From assembly GCA_037381445.1 (NCBI GenBank), contig JARRQT010000141.1:1-17380 (forward strand): a stretch of DNA of 17,380 nucleotides. Direction: 5' to 3'. Every line of letters begins with the position of its first letter. Positions within the stretch are counted from its first letter, which is position 1. The position numbers were made by a program, and so were the translations under genes. This DNA comes from Calditrichia bacterium (GTDB lineage: Bacteria > Calditrichota > Calditrichia > RBG-13-44-9). This document shows, piece by piece, positions 8,143-16,013 of the stretch. Under the pieces are notes generated by a model. The model was not told the DNA's origin. It saw only the letters and a program-made list of their open reading frames with translations, and ran no database searches.

Positions 8143-9033
8143 TCAGTTATTCAGCATAGCAGGGAATAGCATGTTCTTTTTGGGGGTGATATACCAATTC
8201 CCATCCCAGTATACCGGGATAAAGGTGCCCTGCACGGGTCCGACCCGTATCTCACCTTTATTCACGGCAGCTTTCGTTACATATTTGAGGGGCGATTTTA
8301 AATAATTAACGGAAGCCTGATAAAGATTGAGGGAATCCGAGAGGCACTGAAGCATGACCGGCGTATTGTCCGGATTTCTGGCATCGAAATGGATCTCTTC
8401 ATGGGTTTTCCTGCCTTTTTCATTGTAAAAAAATCGCTCAATCACCCACGAATATGCCCCGGGTACCGGATTATTTCTCTCCTCGGTCGGGATAAATTTG
8501 CGGTATCTCTCATTTTTCAGAAAAATAAGAGAACTGCCCTTGATTGTGAAATAGACTTTTCCACCCCACTCTTCCCCCAATCCTTTTCCGTTAAACTCGA
8601 TCGCCAGAGTATCAGTGGAATAATCGACAAATTGCGCTCCGCAGAAAAGACAACCACCAAGGATTTCCGGGTAAATGGCTACCAGTTCGAATCCTTCAGG
8701 GAATTCTTTCCAGAGAAGCAGATCGTTTTTGAAATTGCCATAGATAAAACTGTCATTTTGGTGCAGCATGGCGATGGAAATAATATAACGGTTTTTGGTG
8801 ATGCTTTCCACAATCCGTTTGGTATATCCGTTTTGCTTAATGGCAGTTTGATCATCTTCCTCCGGGGCACTATCTTCATTCAATACATTAAACTTGGCAA
8901 GTTTGCTGGCATCGGATTGCTCCACACTCGAATTGGAAGTTACATCATCGTACAATCTAAAAACAATTAAAAAACACAGAACAACAAAAAGTGCGATTTT
9001 GATATTAAAGTTGTTTTTTACAGAGGTTATCAT
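8143..9033 (-). CDS. Hypothetical membrane-anchored exported protein
   Basis: Long ORF with GGAGAG before the ATG at 9033 (alternative start 9054). It has one N-terminal hydrophobic helix (IALFVVLCFLIVF), an acidic linker, a CLFC motif and a possible SH3-like C-terminus. No family was recognised. Confidence 0.65.
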   Translation of the reverse strand: MITSVKNNFNIKIALFVVLCFLIVFRLYDDVTSNSSVEQSDASKLAKFNVLNEDSAPEEDDQTAIKQNGYTKRIVESITKNRYIISIAMLHQNDSFIYGNFKNDLLLWKEFPEGFELVAIYPEILGGCLFCGAQFVDYSTDTLAIEFNGKGLGEEWGGKVYFTIKGSSLIFLKNERYRKFIPTEERNNPVPGAYSWVIERFFYNEKGRKTHEEIHFDARNPDNTPVMLQCLSDSLNLYQASVNYLKSPLKYVTKAAVNKGEIRVGPVQGTFIPVYWDGNWYITPKKNMLFPAMLNN

Positions 9034-9388
9034 CAGTCTCTCCGAAATCGACATGCCATAGAATGTAAAACGAATAGTCCGGCTACCGAATCATTAGTAT
9101 AACAAAGTAAAAAGATAAAATACGAACATACCCTAATCAATAAAAGATAAAAATTTCTCCATAACCACAGTCTAACAAATACATCATGGCGCTGACTTGA
9201 AAATCACTCTTTTACACACAAGAGACAACTCAGTATTGCGATTCCAGTTTTCACAAATCAGCTTGAAAAAAATTCATAAGCCATGATGACGGAACTGGTT
9301 CTTGATCAGGTTTAACCGCAACCGGTCTGATTATCATCGCCGCTATAAGGTGTTAGTTTCTTACGATTATTTTCTGAGAATGTTTTGC

Positions 9389-10291
9389 TTAAGTCTCCTG
9401 ATTTTTTCTATTATTGGTGCTTCTGAACCTTAAAAAGCTCAAAACCGCAAGGCCGGCAAATATCAAAATCATACCGACAGCCTCCCAGCGGCCGGGGACT
9501 TCACCAAGCTGCAGCCAGGCAGTCAGCACCCCAACTACCGGCGCCAGCAGCGTTCCCATTCCGGCCATTCCGGCCGGCAGCTCCTGCAGAGCAAAAAACC
9601 ACAGGGTCCAGGCCACCGCGGTGCCCAGGATTACATTGTAAGTCACGGCGCCGATAAAATACAGTGTCCACTGAATTGCTTGTGATTCCTGCCAGAAGGC
9701 AATGGCAAGCAAGGGAATACCTCCCAGCAATAGTTGCCAGGCGGTCAGCGCCAGCAGGTCAACTTTGACCCGCTGCCGCAGATATTTATTCCATATTCCG
9801 GAAAGCGCCCAGCACAAACCGGCCAGTATGGCCAGAATTGTGCTGAATAAATGGGGATGATATTGCCAGGGATGAATAAGAAAGACAAGGCCAAGCAGGG
9901 AAAGCCCGACTGCCAGCCATTGCCAGTCATGAAGCCGCTCACCCAATAGAGGCCAGGCCAGAATAAGCAGCCAGACCGGCATGGTGTAGACCAGGACGGC
10001 GGTTTTCCCGGCGCCGCCGCTTACCAGCGCCCAGATGGAAAGCCCGAAGAAACCGGTGGTTTGCAGAATGGCAAGGAACAATACCCCTCGGAACGATCCA
10101 GGGGACCGGCGCCGCCCGGTGACGAACACAACTGCAAACAGAACCAGTCCGCCGCCGATGGCCCGGATGGAAGCAAATGCGAATGGCCCCGAGTAGTGCA
10201 GGGCCACTTTCATGACCACCCAGTTGTAGCCCCAGATCAGCGCAATGGCAACCAGGCCGATCACCGGCAGCCAGTGTCTTTTCCCTCCCAT
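9389..10291 (-). CDS. EamA/DMT family transporter
   Basis: About ten hydrophobic segments in two EamA repeats: LIWGYNWVVMK, AVLVYTMPVW, LLGERL, LTAWQLLLGG and LLAPVVGV...LGE. Confidence 0.92.
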   Translation of the reverse strand: MGGKRHWLPVIGLVAIALIWGYNWVVMKVALHYSGPFAFASIRAIGGGLVLFAVVFVTGRRRSPGSFRGVLFLAILQTTGFFGLSIWALVSGGAGKTAVLVYTMPVWLLILAWPLLGERLHDWQWLAVGLSLLGLVFLIHPWQYHPHLFSTILAILAGLCWALSGIWNKYLRQRVKVDLLALTAWQLLLGGIPLLAIAFWQESQAIQWTLYFIGAVTYNVILGTAVAWTLWFFALQELPAGMAGMGTLLAPVVGVLTAWLQLGEVPGRWEAVGMILIFAGLAVLSFLRFRSTNNRKNQET

Positions 10292-10556
10292 ATCTTGCTC
10301 CGACTTTCCTTAGGATCCAGATTTCAGGCGCAAAGCAGATTGCCCGATTAAACGATAAAATACCGCCTGCAATCTTATAAAGAAGCAGCTGCTACGCCTA
10401 TTTTACAGACCGAATTTTTGCGCGGATTCCCGGGACTGACGCGCCAATCCAAGGAATCCGATAATGATTATGAAGCGCAGGAAAATTTGTTCCCATAGGC
10501 TAATTCCCCTGCGCTCCGGAAAAACCGAGAAAATAACAGAACGGCGGAATACTGTT

Positions 10557-11096
10557 TTATTTCAGAGGGGCGGTTTGAATGTAATCGTTATCCTTTTTCT
10601 CCTGGTGACAGCTGATGCACATGCCCACTTTTCCTTCCGCCTGGACCTCACCGGTGGGGGAGAATTTTGCCCAGTACCAATTGTCCGCAGCGGGATTATA
10701 TCCCTTAACCTTATACATGACTGTATGGGATTCAAGTGTTGAATCAGGTTTGTAATTTTCCTTTACAATGATTGAACTGTCGGGAAGCATCCCCACTTTG
10801 GCGGTTATTGCATTGAAAGCGACCATGTTTATGTAAGTCGTGAGCAACGCGCCATGGGGCTGCGTGCCGGGATAATACGCTGTTTTCCCCGGCCACATCT
10901 GCCAGTTGTCCTGATAATCCGCGTTTTTCAGATAGGTCCACAGTGCGGTGCCGGTGGTGTCGGGATAGGTTGCTGTCTGGGTTGCAGCGGGCTGCTGTTC
11001 GGTTTTTTTCCTGCCGCATGAGGGAGAAAGAATAAAAATTGCCAGCAGCAGGCTGAGAAGAATTAGTACTGACATGACATAGTTGAACTTTTTCAT
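10557..11096 (-). CDS. Cytochrome P460 / c'-beta family lipoprotein (single C-terminal heme c)
   Basis: Strong GGAGGAGG RBS before the ATG at 11096, lipobox-like SPS-C, and motifs YQDNW, TTYIN, LPDSSIIVKENY, VMYK, NWYWAKF and C-terminal CISCH...DY. Confidence 0.82.
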   Translation of the reverse strand: MKKFNYVMSVLILLSLLLAIFILSPSCGRKKTEQQPAATQTATYPDTTGTALWTYLKNADYQDNWQMWPGKTAYYPGTQPHGALLTTYINMVAFNAITAKVGMLPDSSIIVKENYKPDSTLESHTVMYKVKGYNPAADNWYWAKFSPTGEVQAEGKVGMCISCHQEKKDNDYIQTAPLK

Positions 11097-11802
11097 TTTG
11101 CCTCCTCCATTAAATGATGATTTTGTCAATTGATGAAGCCGATTTATAAGATTTGCCTTTTCTCCTTAAAACAGGTTTCCGGACAATTTTATTTTCTCTC
11201 AGCCCGTTTCCCGGATTCTTTGCCGCCATCTGCTCCCATCTCCGGAGAATATAATTTTGCCTCCGACATCTCTTTTTCTTGGCCGCGGAAATATTAGAGA
11301 CGGCGGCGAACGCTTCCGGCTCTCCTCTTTAACAAAGCCAATCGGGGATCCGTCCGCGAAGGCAGGAATTCTGCGGCGGCTTTCGTAAGTCGGGGAATTC
11401 GTCCGAGCGATTGAACTGCTCTCCTTAAAACAAAAATCCATTGAGTCTCCGGATTGCGGTCCACAACGGAAATTATTTCATCAAAACAGTCGGAACACCC
11501 TGAATAACACTACAGCGTTTTAATTTAATAAAAGAGAACAAAATATCAAAAAAGCGATTCTGTGAAATAAGCCGAAATTATAAAATCCTGGTTCTGTCCG
11601 TTCCGGGTACCAGTCTATTGGAAAGAAGCCTGACTTCATTTGGGGTATTGAATTCTGTCACACTCTTTAAGTTTTTCGTTTTAGCTGGATTTCTTCATAT
11701 GTAACTTAAGGAACATGATTGGGAACGGCAATGTTCCCTAATTTGAGTAATAAAAAATTGGTACGAATCTCGTAAACTTGGCGAAATTGCAGGAACGACA
11801 AC

Positions 11803-13461
11803 ATGGAACTTCATTATCTCACACTGAAACGCCAGGCCGCATTACTAAATGACCGCTTAAAGAACGGCAGAATTACAGCAAGCTTCACCCAGCAGAAAAA
11901 TGAGCAGATCATGCAGGTTGAAGCTCCGGACGGCAAAACCTGGCATCTTTTGCTGTCTGCGGATTCCCGTTATCCCGCTGCCCTGCTGAAAACGCCGGCG
12001 GCCCGTTCGAAAAATTCCACGGACGTGATCCCACAATTGTTGCAGCAGACTATTTCGGACATTCATTTGGTTGAGGGTGAACGGATTCTTGTTATCGATT
12101 TTGAAGGAAATCAATTCCATTATTTTCTGCATATGTTCCGCAACCAGGCGAATATTTTCCTGGTGGATGCTTCTTCAAAGATTGTGAATGCTTTCAAACA
12201 TCGAAAGAAATTTCAGGGTCGCGAATATCAAATCAGAAAACAGGAATTGACAGATCCGCTGCAAATGGAGGAGAGCGGGTTTGTGCGGCTCATGAGGGAA
12301 AATGAAGAGGAACCGATCGGATCAGTTCTCAGGCGCAAATTTCTGTATATGACGCCGCAGGTTATTTCCGAAATTTTTTTCCGTGCCCAGTTGCCCCCAA
12401 AACAGCCAGTCGCCGGATTTTCGGATGAGCAGGTGCAGAGTCTTTTCCGGGAAATTAATTCTTTTTTGGAAAGATGCCAGATCGGCCGGCCGATGGTCTA
12501 TCTTGAGAATGATTATCCCCGCGCTTTTACGCTGACTCCTTTTGAACAATACAGCATGCCTGATTTCCGGACTTTCGATACCGTCAATGAGGCGCTGCTC
12601 TTTTTCATTTTCCGGCGGGAGAAACTGGACAGCTATCTGCGCAAAAAGGAGAAAATCGAGGGACTGCTTGAGAAAAAAACTGAACAGTTGGATCAGGTTA
12701 TCAGGAACCTGGAAAATATGCCGGATGAAGAGGATCAGCGCAACTATTACCGGAAAATGGGGGAGCTGCTTTTGGCTCACATGCATCAGATTGTGCCGGC
12801 GGAGCAGGTGGAGTTAACCGACTATTTTGATCCCGCCCAAAGGCCGGTCAGATTACGCCTCAACCCTCAGAAAACGATCCATGAAAATGCCGAGGATTAT
12901 TTCCGGAAATCCAAGGAAGTAGGGGAGCGCCGCAAAGAACTTGAAAACCGGCTGGATTATCTGAAGAACCAGCGAGATGAATTGGCCGGCATTCGCGGCA
13001 GACTTGAGCATGACGCCGATGCTAAACAGCTCCGGCAGATCGAAAAACGGCTGCTGGAAATGCATATTCTGCAAACGGATGCCGAAAAAATGGAAGAGGT
13101 GTACCGGCCGTATAAACAATATTTCCATGATAACTGGGAAATCTGGGTCGGAAAAAACGCCAAAGCCAACGATGAAATGACCTTCCATTCAGCCCATAAG
13201 GAGGATCTCTGGCTGCACGCCCAGGGCGTGGCTGGCTCACATGTTATTATCCGCAGACCGAATCGTGGTGCTCAGGTGCCCGGCGAGATCACCGAATATG
13301 CGGCCAGGCTGGCAGCGACCAACAGCAGTGCAAAACACAGCAGTTATGTGCCGGTGATGGTGACCCAAGTAAAATATGTGCGAAAACCGAAAGGCTCCGC
13401 ACCGGGGGCAGTGATCCCCGAACGGACACGCACTATTTTCGTAGAACCGCTTCGCTCATGA
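11803..13461 (+). CDS. rqcH: RqcH/Rqc2 (NFACT, FbpA-like) ribosome quality-control factor with C-terminal DUF814/NFACT-R domain
   Basis: NFACT-N region, coiled coils, GELLLA, LNPQKTIHENAEDYFRK, and the C-terminal IWVGKNAKANDEMT, DLWLHAQGVAGSHVII, AARLAA..S and KYVRKPKGSAPGAV. Confidence 0.9.
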   Translation: MELHYLTLKRQAALLNDRLKNGRITASFTQQKNEQIMQVEAPDGKTWHLLLSADSRYPAALLKTPAARSKNSTDVIPQLLQQTISDIHLVEGERILVIDFEGNQFHYFLHMFRNQANIFLVDASSKIVNAFKHRKKFQGREYQIRKQELTDPLQMEESGFVRLMRENEEEPIGSVLRRKFLYMTPQVISEIFFRAQLPPKQPVAGFSDEQVQSLFREINSFLERCQIGRPMVYLENDYPRAFTLTPFEQYSMPDFRTFDTVNEALLFFIFRREKLDSYLRKKEKIEGLLEKKTEQLDQVIRNLENMPDEEDQRNYYRKMGELLLAHMHQIVPAEQVELTDYFDPAQRPVRLRLNPQKTIHENAEDYFRKSKEVGERRKELENRLDYLKNQRDELAGIRGRLEHDADAKQLRQIEKRLLEMHILQTDAEKMEEVYRPYKQYFHDNWEIWVGKNAKANDEMTFHSAHKEDLWLHAQGVAGSHVIIRRPNRGAQVPGEITEYAARLAATNSSAKHSSYVPVMVTQVKYVRKPKGSAPGAVIPERTRTIFVEPLRS

Positions 13462-13753
13462 TCGCCCGACAGAATCTTTTCCAGCCGCCGTTTAAGCTCC
13501 CGTATGCGCAAAGTCTCTGCATCCCGCTGTGAAACCCTATAATTCTGCGAACGTTAGATAGTTTATCTTTTGCCAGTGTCTTCATCATTAAGTGTTTGTT
13601 TTTCGGCGAAAGGATGGCCGTAATTTTCCGTATTCAGACAAAAACCCATAAGCGCATTATGGGCATTTGCGAAAAATTTGGCCTGAAAATCGGCAGGGCG
13701 TATCTTTACCGTGCTCCTGCGAATGATTAAGTTCACTAAGGAAGGGAGATAAA

Positions 13754-14383
13754 ATGAATGAAATATTTGCCCCGGGCATTGATGCATATATAGACGGCCT
13801 GCTTCCTCCAAGAGATGAAATCCTGGCTGAAATGGAATATCTGGCTGAAAAATCAGGATTTCCGATTATCGGTCCGCAGGTCGGCCGATTTCTCTATCAG
13901 ATTGTCCGTTTAAAGAAACCGAAGAAGATTTTTGAAATGGGATCGGGATTTGGTTATTCGGCCTGCTGGTTTTGCCTGGGTTCCCCAGATGTGCAGGTCA
14001 TTTGTACGGAAACCAGTGAGCAGAACATCGGGCGGGGAAAGGAGTGGATGAAAAGGGGCGGTTTTGCAGATCGGGTGGAATTCCATCTCGGCAAAGCCCA
14101 GGAATTGCTGGAGGAAATCGGGGGCCAATATGATATCATTCTGGTGGATGTGGACAAGCATGAATATCCGGCCGCATTTCCGCAGGCGCGGAAGCATTTG
14201 AACAAGGATGGATTACTGATAACGGACAATGTATTGTGGCACGCCCGCATCACTGACGCTTCGGCAACTGATCGGGATACCGAAGGCGTGCGGCAATATA
14301 ACCGGCTGATTTTTAATACGCCGGGCGTTTATTCCACCATTGTTCCCATACGGGACGGCGTAGCACTGACTTTAAAACTGTGA
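13754..14383 (+). CDS. Class I SAM-dependent O-methyltransferase (COMT/CCoAOMT/YrrM-like)
   Basis: GGAAGGGAG RBS and motifs PIIGPQVGRFL, EMGSGFGYS, DIILVDVDK, LLITDNVLW and PIRDG. Confidence 0.9.
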   Translation: MNEIFAPGIDAYIDGLLPPRDEILAEMEYLAEKSGFPIIGPQVGRFLYQIVRLKKPKKIFEMGSGFGYSACWFCLGSPDVQVICTETSEQNIGRGKEWMKRGGFADRVEFHLGKAQELLEEIGGQYDIILVDVDKHEYPAAFPQARKHLNKDGLLITDNVLWHARITDASATDRDTEGVRQYNRLIFNTPGVYSTIVPIRDGVALTLKL

Positions 14384-14703
14384 TTTGATCTCACCCGGAA
14401 TGATTTTTTGATTCCGGCCCTATAAGCTTTTTAAAATAATTACTTTAGGTATTGCCAGATAAAGTTTTATTTACTATTTTTTAACTGTATGAGCATACGT
14501 GCATTCAAAATACAGCAGTCGGGCTGTCAAATGGTGCAAAATTTAAATTTCGATTTCCTGCTTTTTCAAACGAAATCATTCACAAATAAATGGATATACG
14601 ATGAGTTTTCCTGATAGTGCGATCAGCAAATCATTCGGTTTCGGCATCGGATTGAAGAATCATAATTCCAAATAAAATTAATTCAAGTGAGAAGGAGCGA
14701 TTC

Positions 14704-15915
14704 ATGGATTCCCGTAAGTATGATGTGGCAATCATAGGGGGTGGAATTGTTGGCACTGCAACGGCAATGGCACTATCCAAAAAATTTAACATTTCCATTG
14801 TGATTTTGGAAAAAGAATCAAAGCTTGCAGCGCACCAGACCGGAAACAACAGCGGGGTGATTCATTCCGGTTTGTACTACAAACCCGGATCATTGAAGGC
14901 GAAGAATTGCGTGCGCGGCCGGGAAGAGATGTATAAATTCTGCAAAGAGCATGGCATTGATCACGACCAGTGCGGAAAAGTGGTCGTAGCGACCACCGAA
15001 AATGAAATACCAAATCTGGACGAGCTGGAGAGGCGAGGCAAGGAAAATGGCCTGCAGGGAATACAACGTCTGGGACCGGACGAGATCAAAATACACGAGC
15101 CCCATGTCTCCGGGGTGGCCGGTTTGTTTGTTCCCGTAACCGGCATCGTGGATTATAACCAGGTAACGGAGAAATTTGCGCAGATCGTCCAGGAAAAGGG
15201 AGGAGAAGTCCTGCTTGAAGCAGGCGTTACGGGATTTAAAAAACAGGGTAAGGAACTGGTTCTGGAGACAGCCAAAGGGGAGATTCATACCAAAAATCTG
15301 GTAAATTGCGCCGGCCTGCAGTCCGACCGGCTGGCAAAATTGTGCGGCGTGGAGCCGGGCCTGAAAATCATTCCTTTTCGCGGAGAATATTATAAACTGG
15401 TGCCGGGGAAAGAATATCTGGTAAAAAATCTGATTTATCCGGTGCCGGATCCCCAGTTTCCGTTCCTGGGCGTGCATTTTACCCGTATGATACACGGCGG
15501 AATTGAAGCAGGTCCCAATGCGGTGCTTGCTTTTAAACGGGAGGGATATACGAAGACCAGTTTTTCCCTGAAGGACACCATGGATACCCTTTTTTACGGC
15601 GGATTTTTGCACCTGGCGATGAAATACTGGAAAATGGGTTCCGGCGAAATGTACCGCAGCTTTGTGAAAGGGGCGTTTGTCAAGGCGCTGCAGAAACTGA
15701 TTCCCGAATTGCAGGAGGAAGATGTGCACGCCGGCGGGTCGGGAGTGCGGGCCCAGGCCCTGGAACCTAACGGTTCCCTGGTGGATGATTTCCGCATTGT
15801 GGAGGAGGAAAATATGGTTCATGTGCTGAATGCGCCGTCACCGGCGGCCACCGCTGCCATTAGCATCGGTGAGACCATTGCGGACATGGCGGGAAAGAAT
15901 TTCCGCTTGAGCTGA
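14704..15915 (+). CDS. lhgO: L-2-hydroxyglutarate oxidase/dehydrogenase
   Basis: AAGGAG RBS, FAD motif IIGGGIVG, HQTGNNSGVIHSGLYYKPGSLKA, PFRGEYY, YPVPDPQFPFLGVHFT, GVRAQA and HVLNAPSPAATA. Confidence 0.94.
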   Translation: MDSRKYDVAIIGGGIVGTATAMALSKKFNISIVILEKESKLAAHQTGNNSGVIHSGLYYKPGSLKAKNCVRGREEMYKFCKEHGIDHDQCGKVVVATTENEIPNLDELERRGKENGLQGIQRLGPDEIKIHEPHVSGVAGLFVPVTGIVDYNQVTEKFAQIVQEKGGEVLLEAGVTGFKKQGKELVLETAKGEIHTKNLVNCAGLQSDRLAKLCGVEPGLKIIPFRGEYYKLVPGKEYLVKNLIYPVPDPQFPFLGVHFTRMIHGGIEAGPNAVLAFKREGYTKTSFSLKDTMDTLFYGGFLHLAMKYWKMGSGEMYRSFVKGAFVKALQKLIPELQEEDVHAGGSGVRAQALEPNGSLVDDFRIVEEENMVHVLNAPSPAATAAISIGETIADMAGKNFRLS

Positions 15916-15981
15916 CAGCGGGACGGAGGCATAATAGCCTTTCCAATCATTTCGACAAAATTACTTTCCACGAAAGAAAAC

Positions 15982-16013
15982 GGGCCGGGTAAGATCATCC
16001 GGCCCTTCTTTTT
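15982..16013. terminator. Bidirectional terminator overlapping the polX stop codon
   Basis: GGGCCGG (15982-15988) / CCGGCCC (15999-16005) stem followed by TTCTTTTT on the plus strand and GTTTTCTTT on the minus strand, between convergent lhgO and polX. Confidence 0.6.

Noticed and set aside
10371..11153. 11-bp inverted repeat AATCTTATAAA (10371-10381) / TTTATAAGATT (11143-11153) flanking the P460 gene as possible mobile-element ends
   Set aside because: Short and AT-rich, with no target-site duplication or transposase seen, so it is compatible with chance.
11140..11270. GGCAAA and GAAA segments suggesting a c-di-GMP-I (GEMM) riboswitch
   Set aside because: The required GNRA hairpin followed by GACGCAAAGC/GGCGCAAAGC and the second stem are absent on the coding strand. 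The GGCGCAAAGC near 10327 is on the wrong strand and lacks context.
11199..11441. 80-aa minus-strand ORF upstream of the P460 gene
   Set aside because: Arg/Pro/Ser-rich composition with no recognisable domain. The nucleotide-level repeats explain the region better, although a small protein cannot be excluded.
13462..13753. Short minus-strand frames (including a RIRELKRRLEKIL stretch) and a CCCATAA/TTATGGG hairpin between rqcH and the methyltransferase gene
   Set aside because: There is no start or RBS for the coiled-coil-like frame and no recognisable homology. A single 7-bp hairpin is insufficient to call an RNA.
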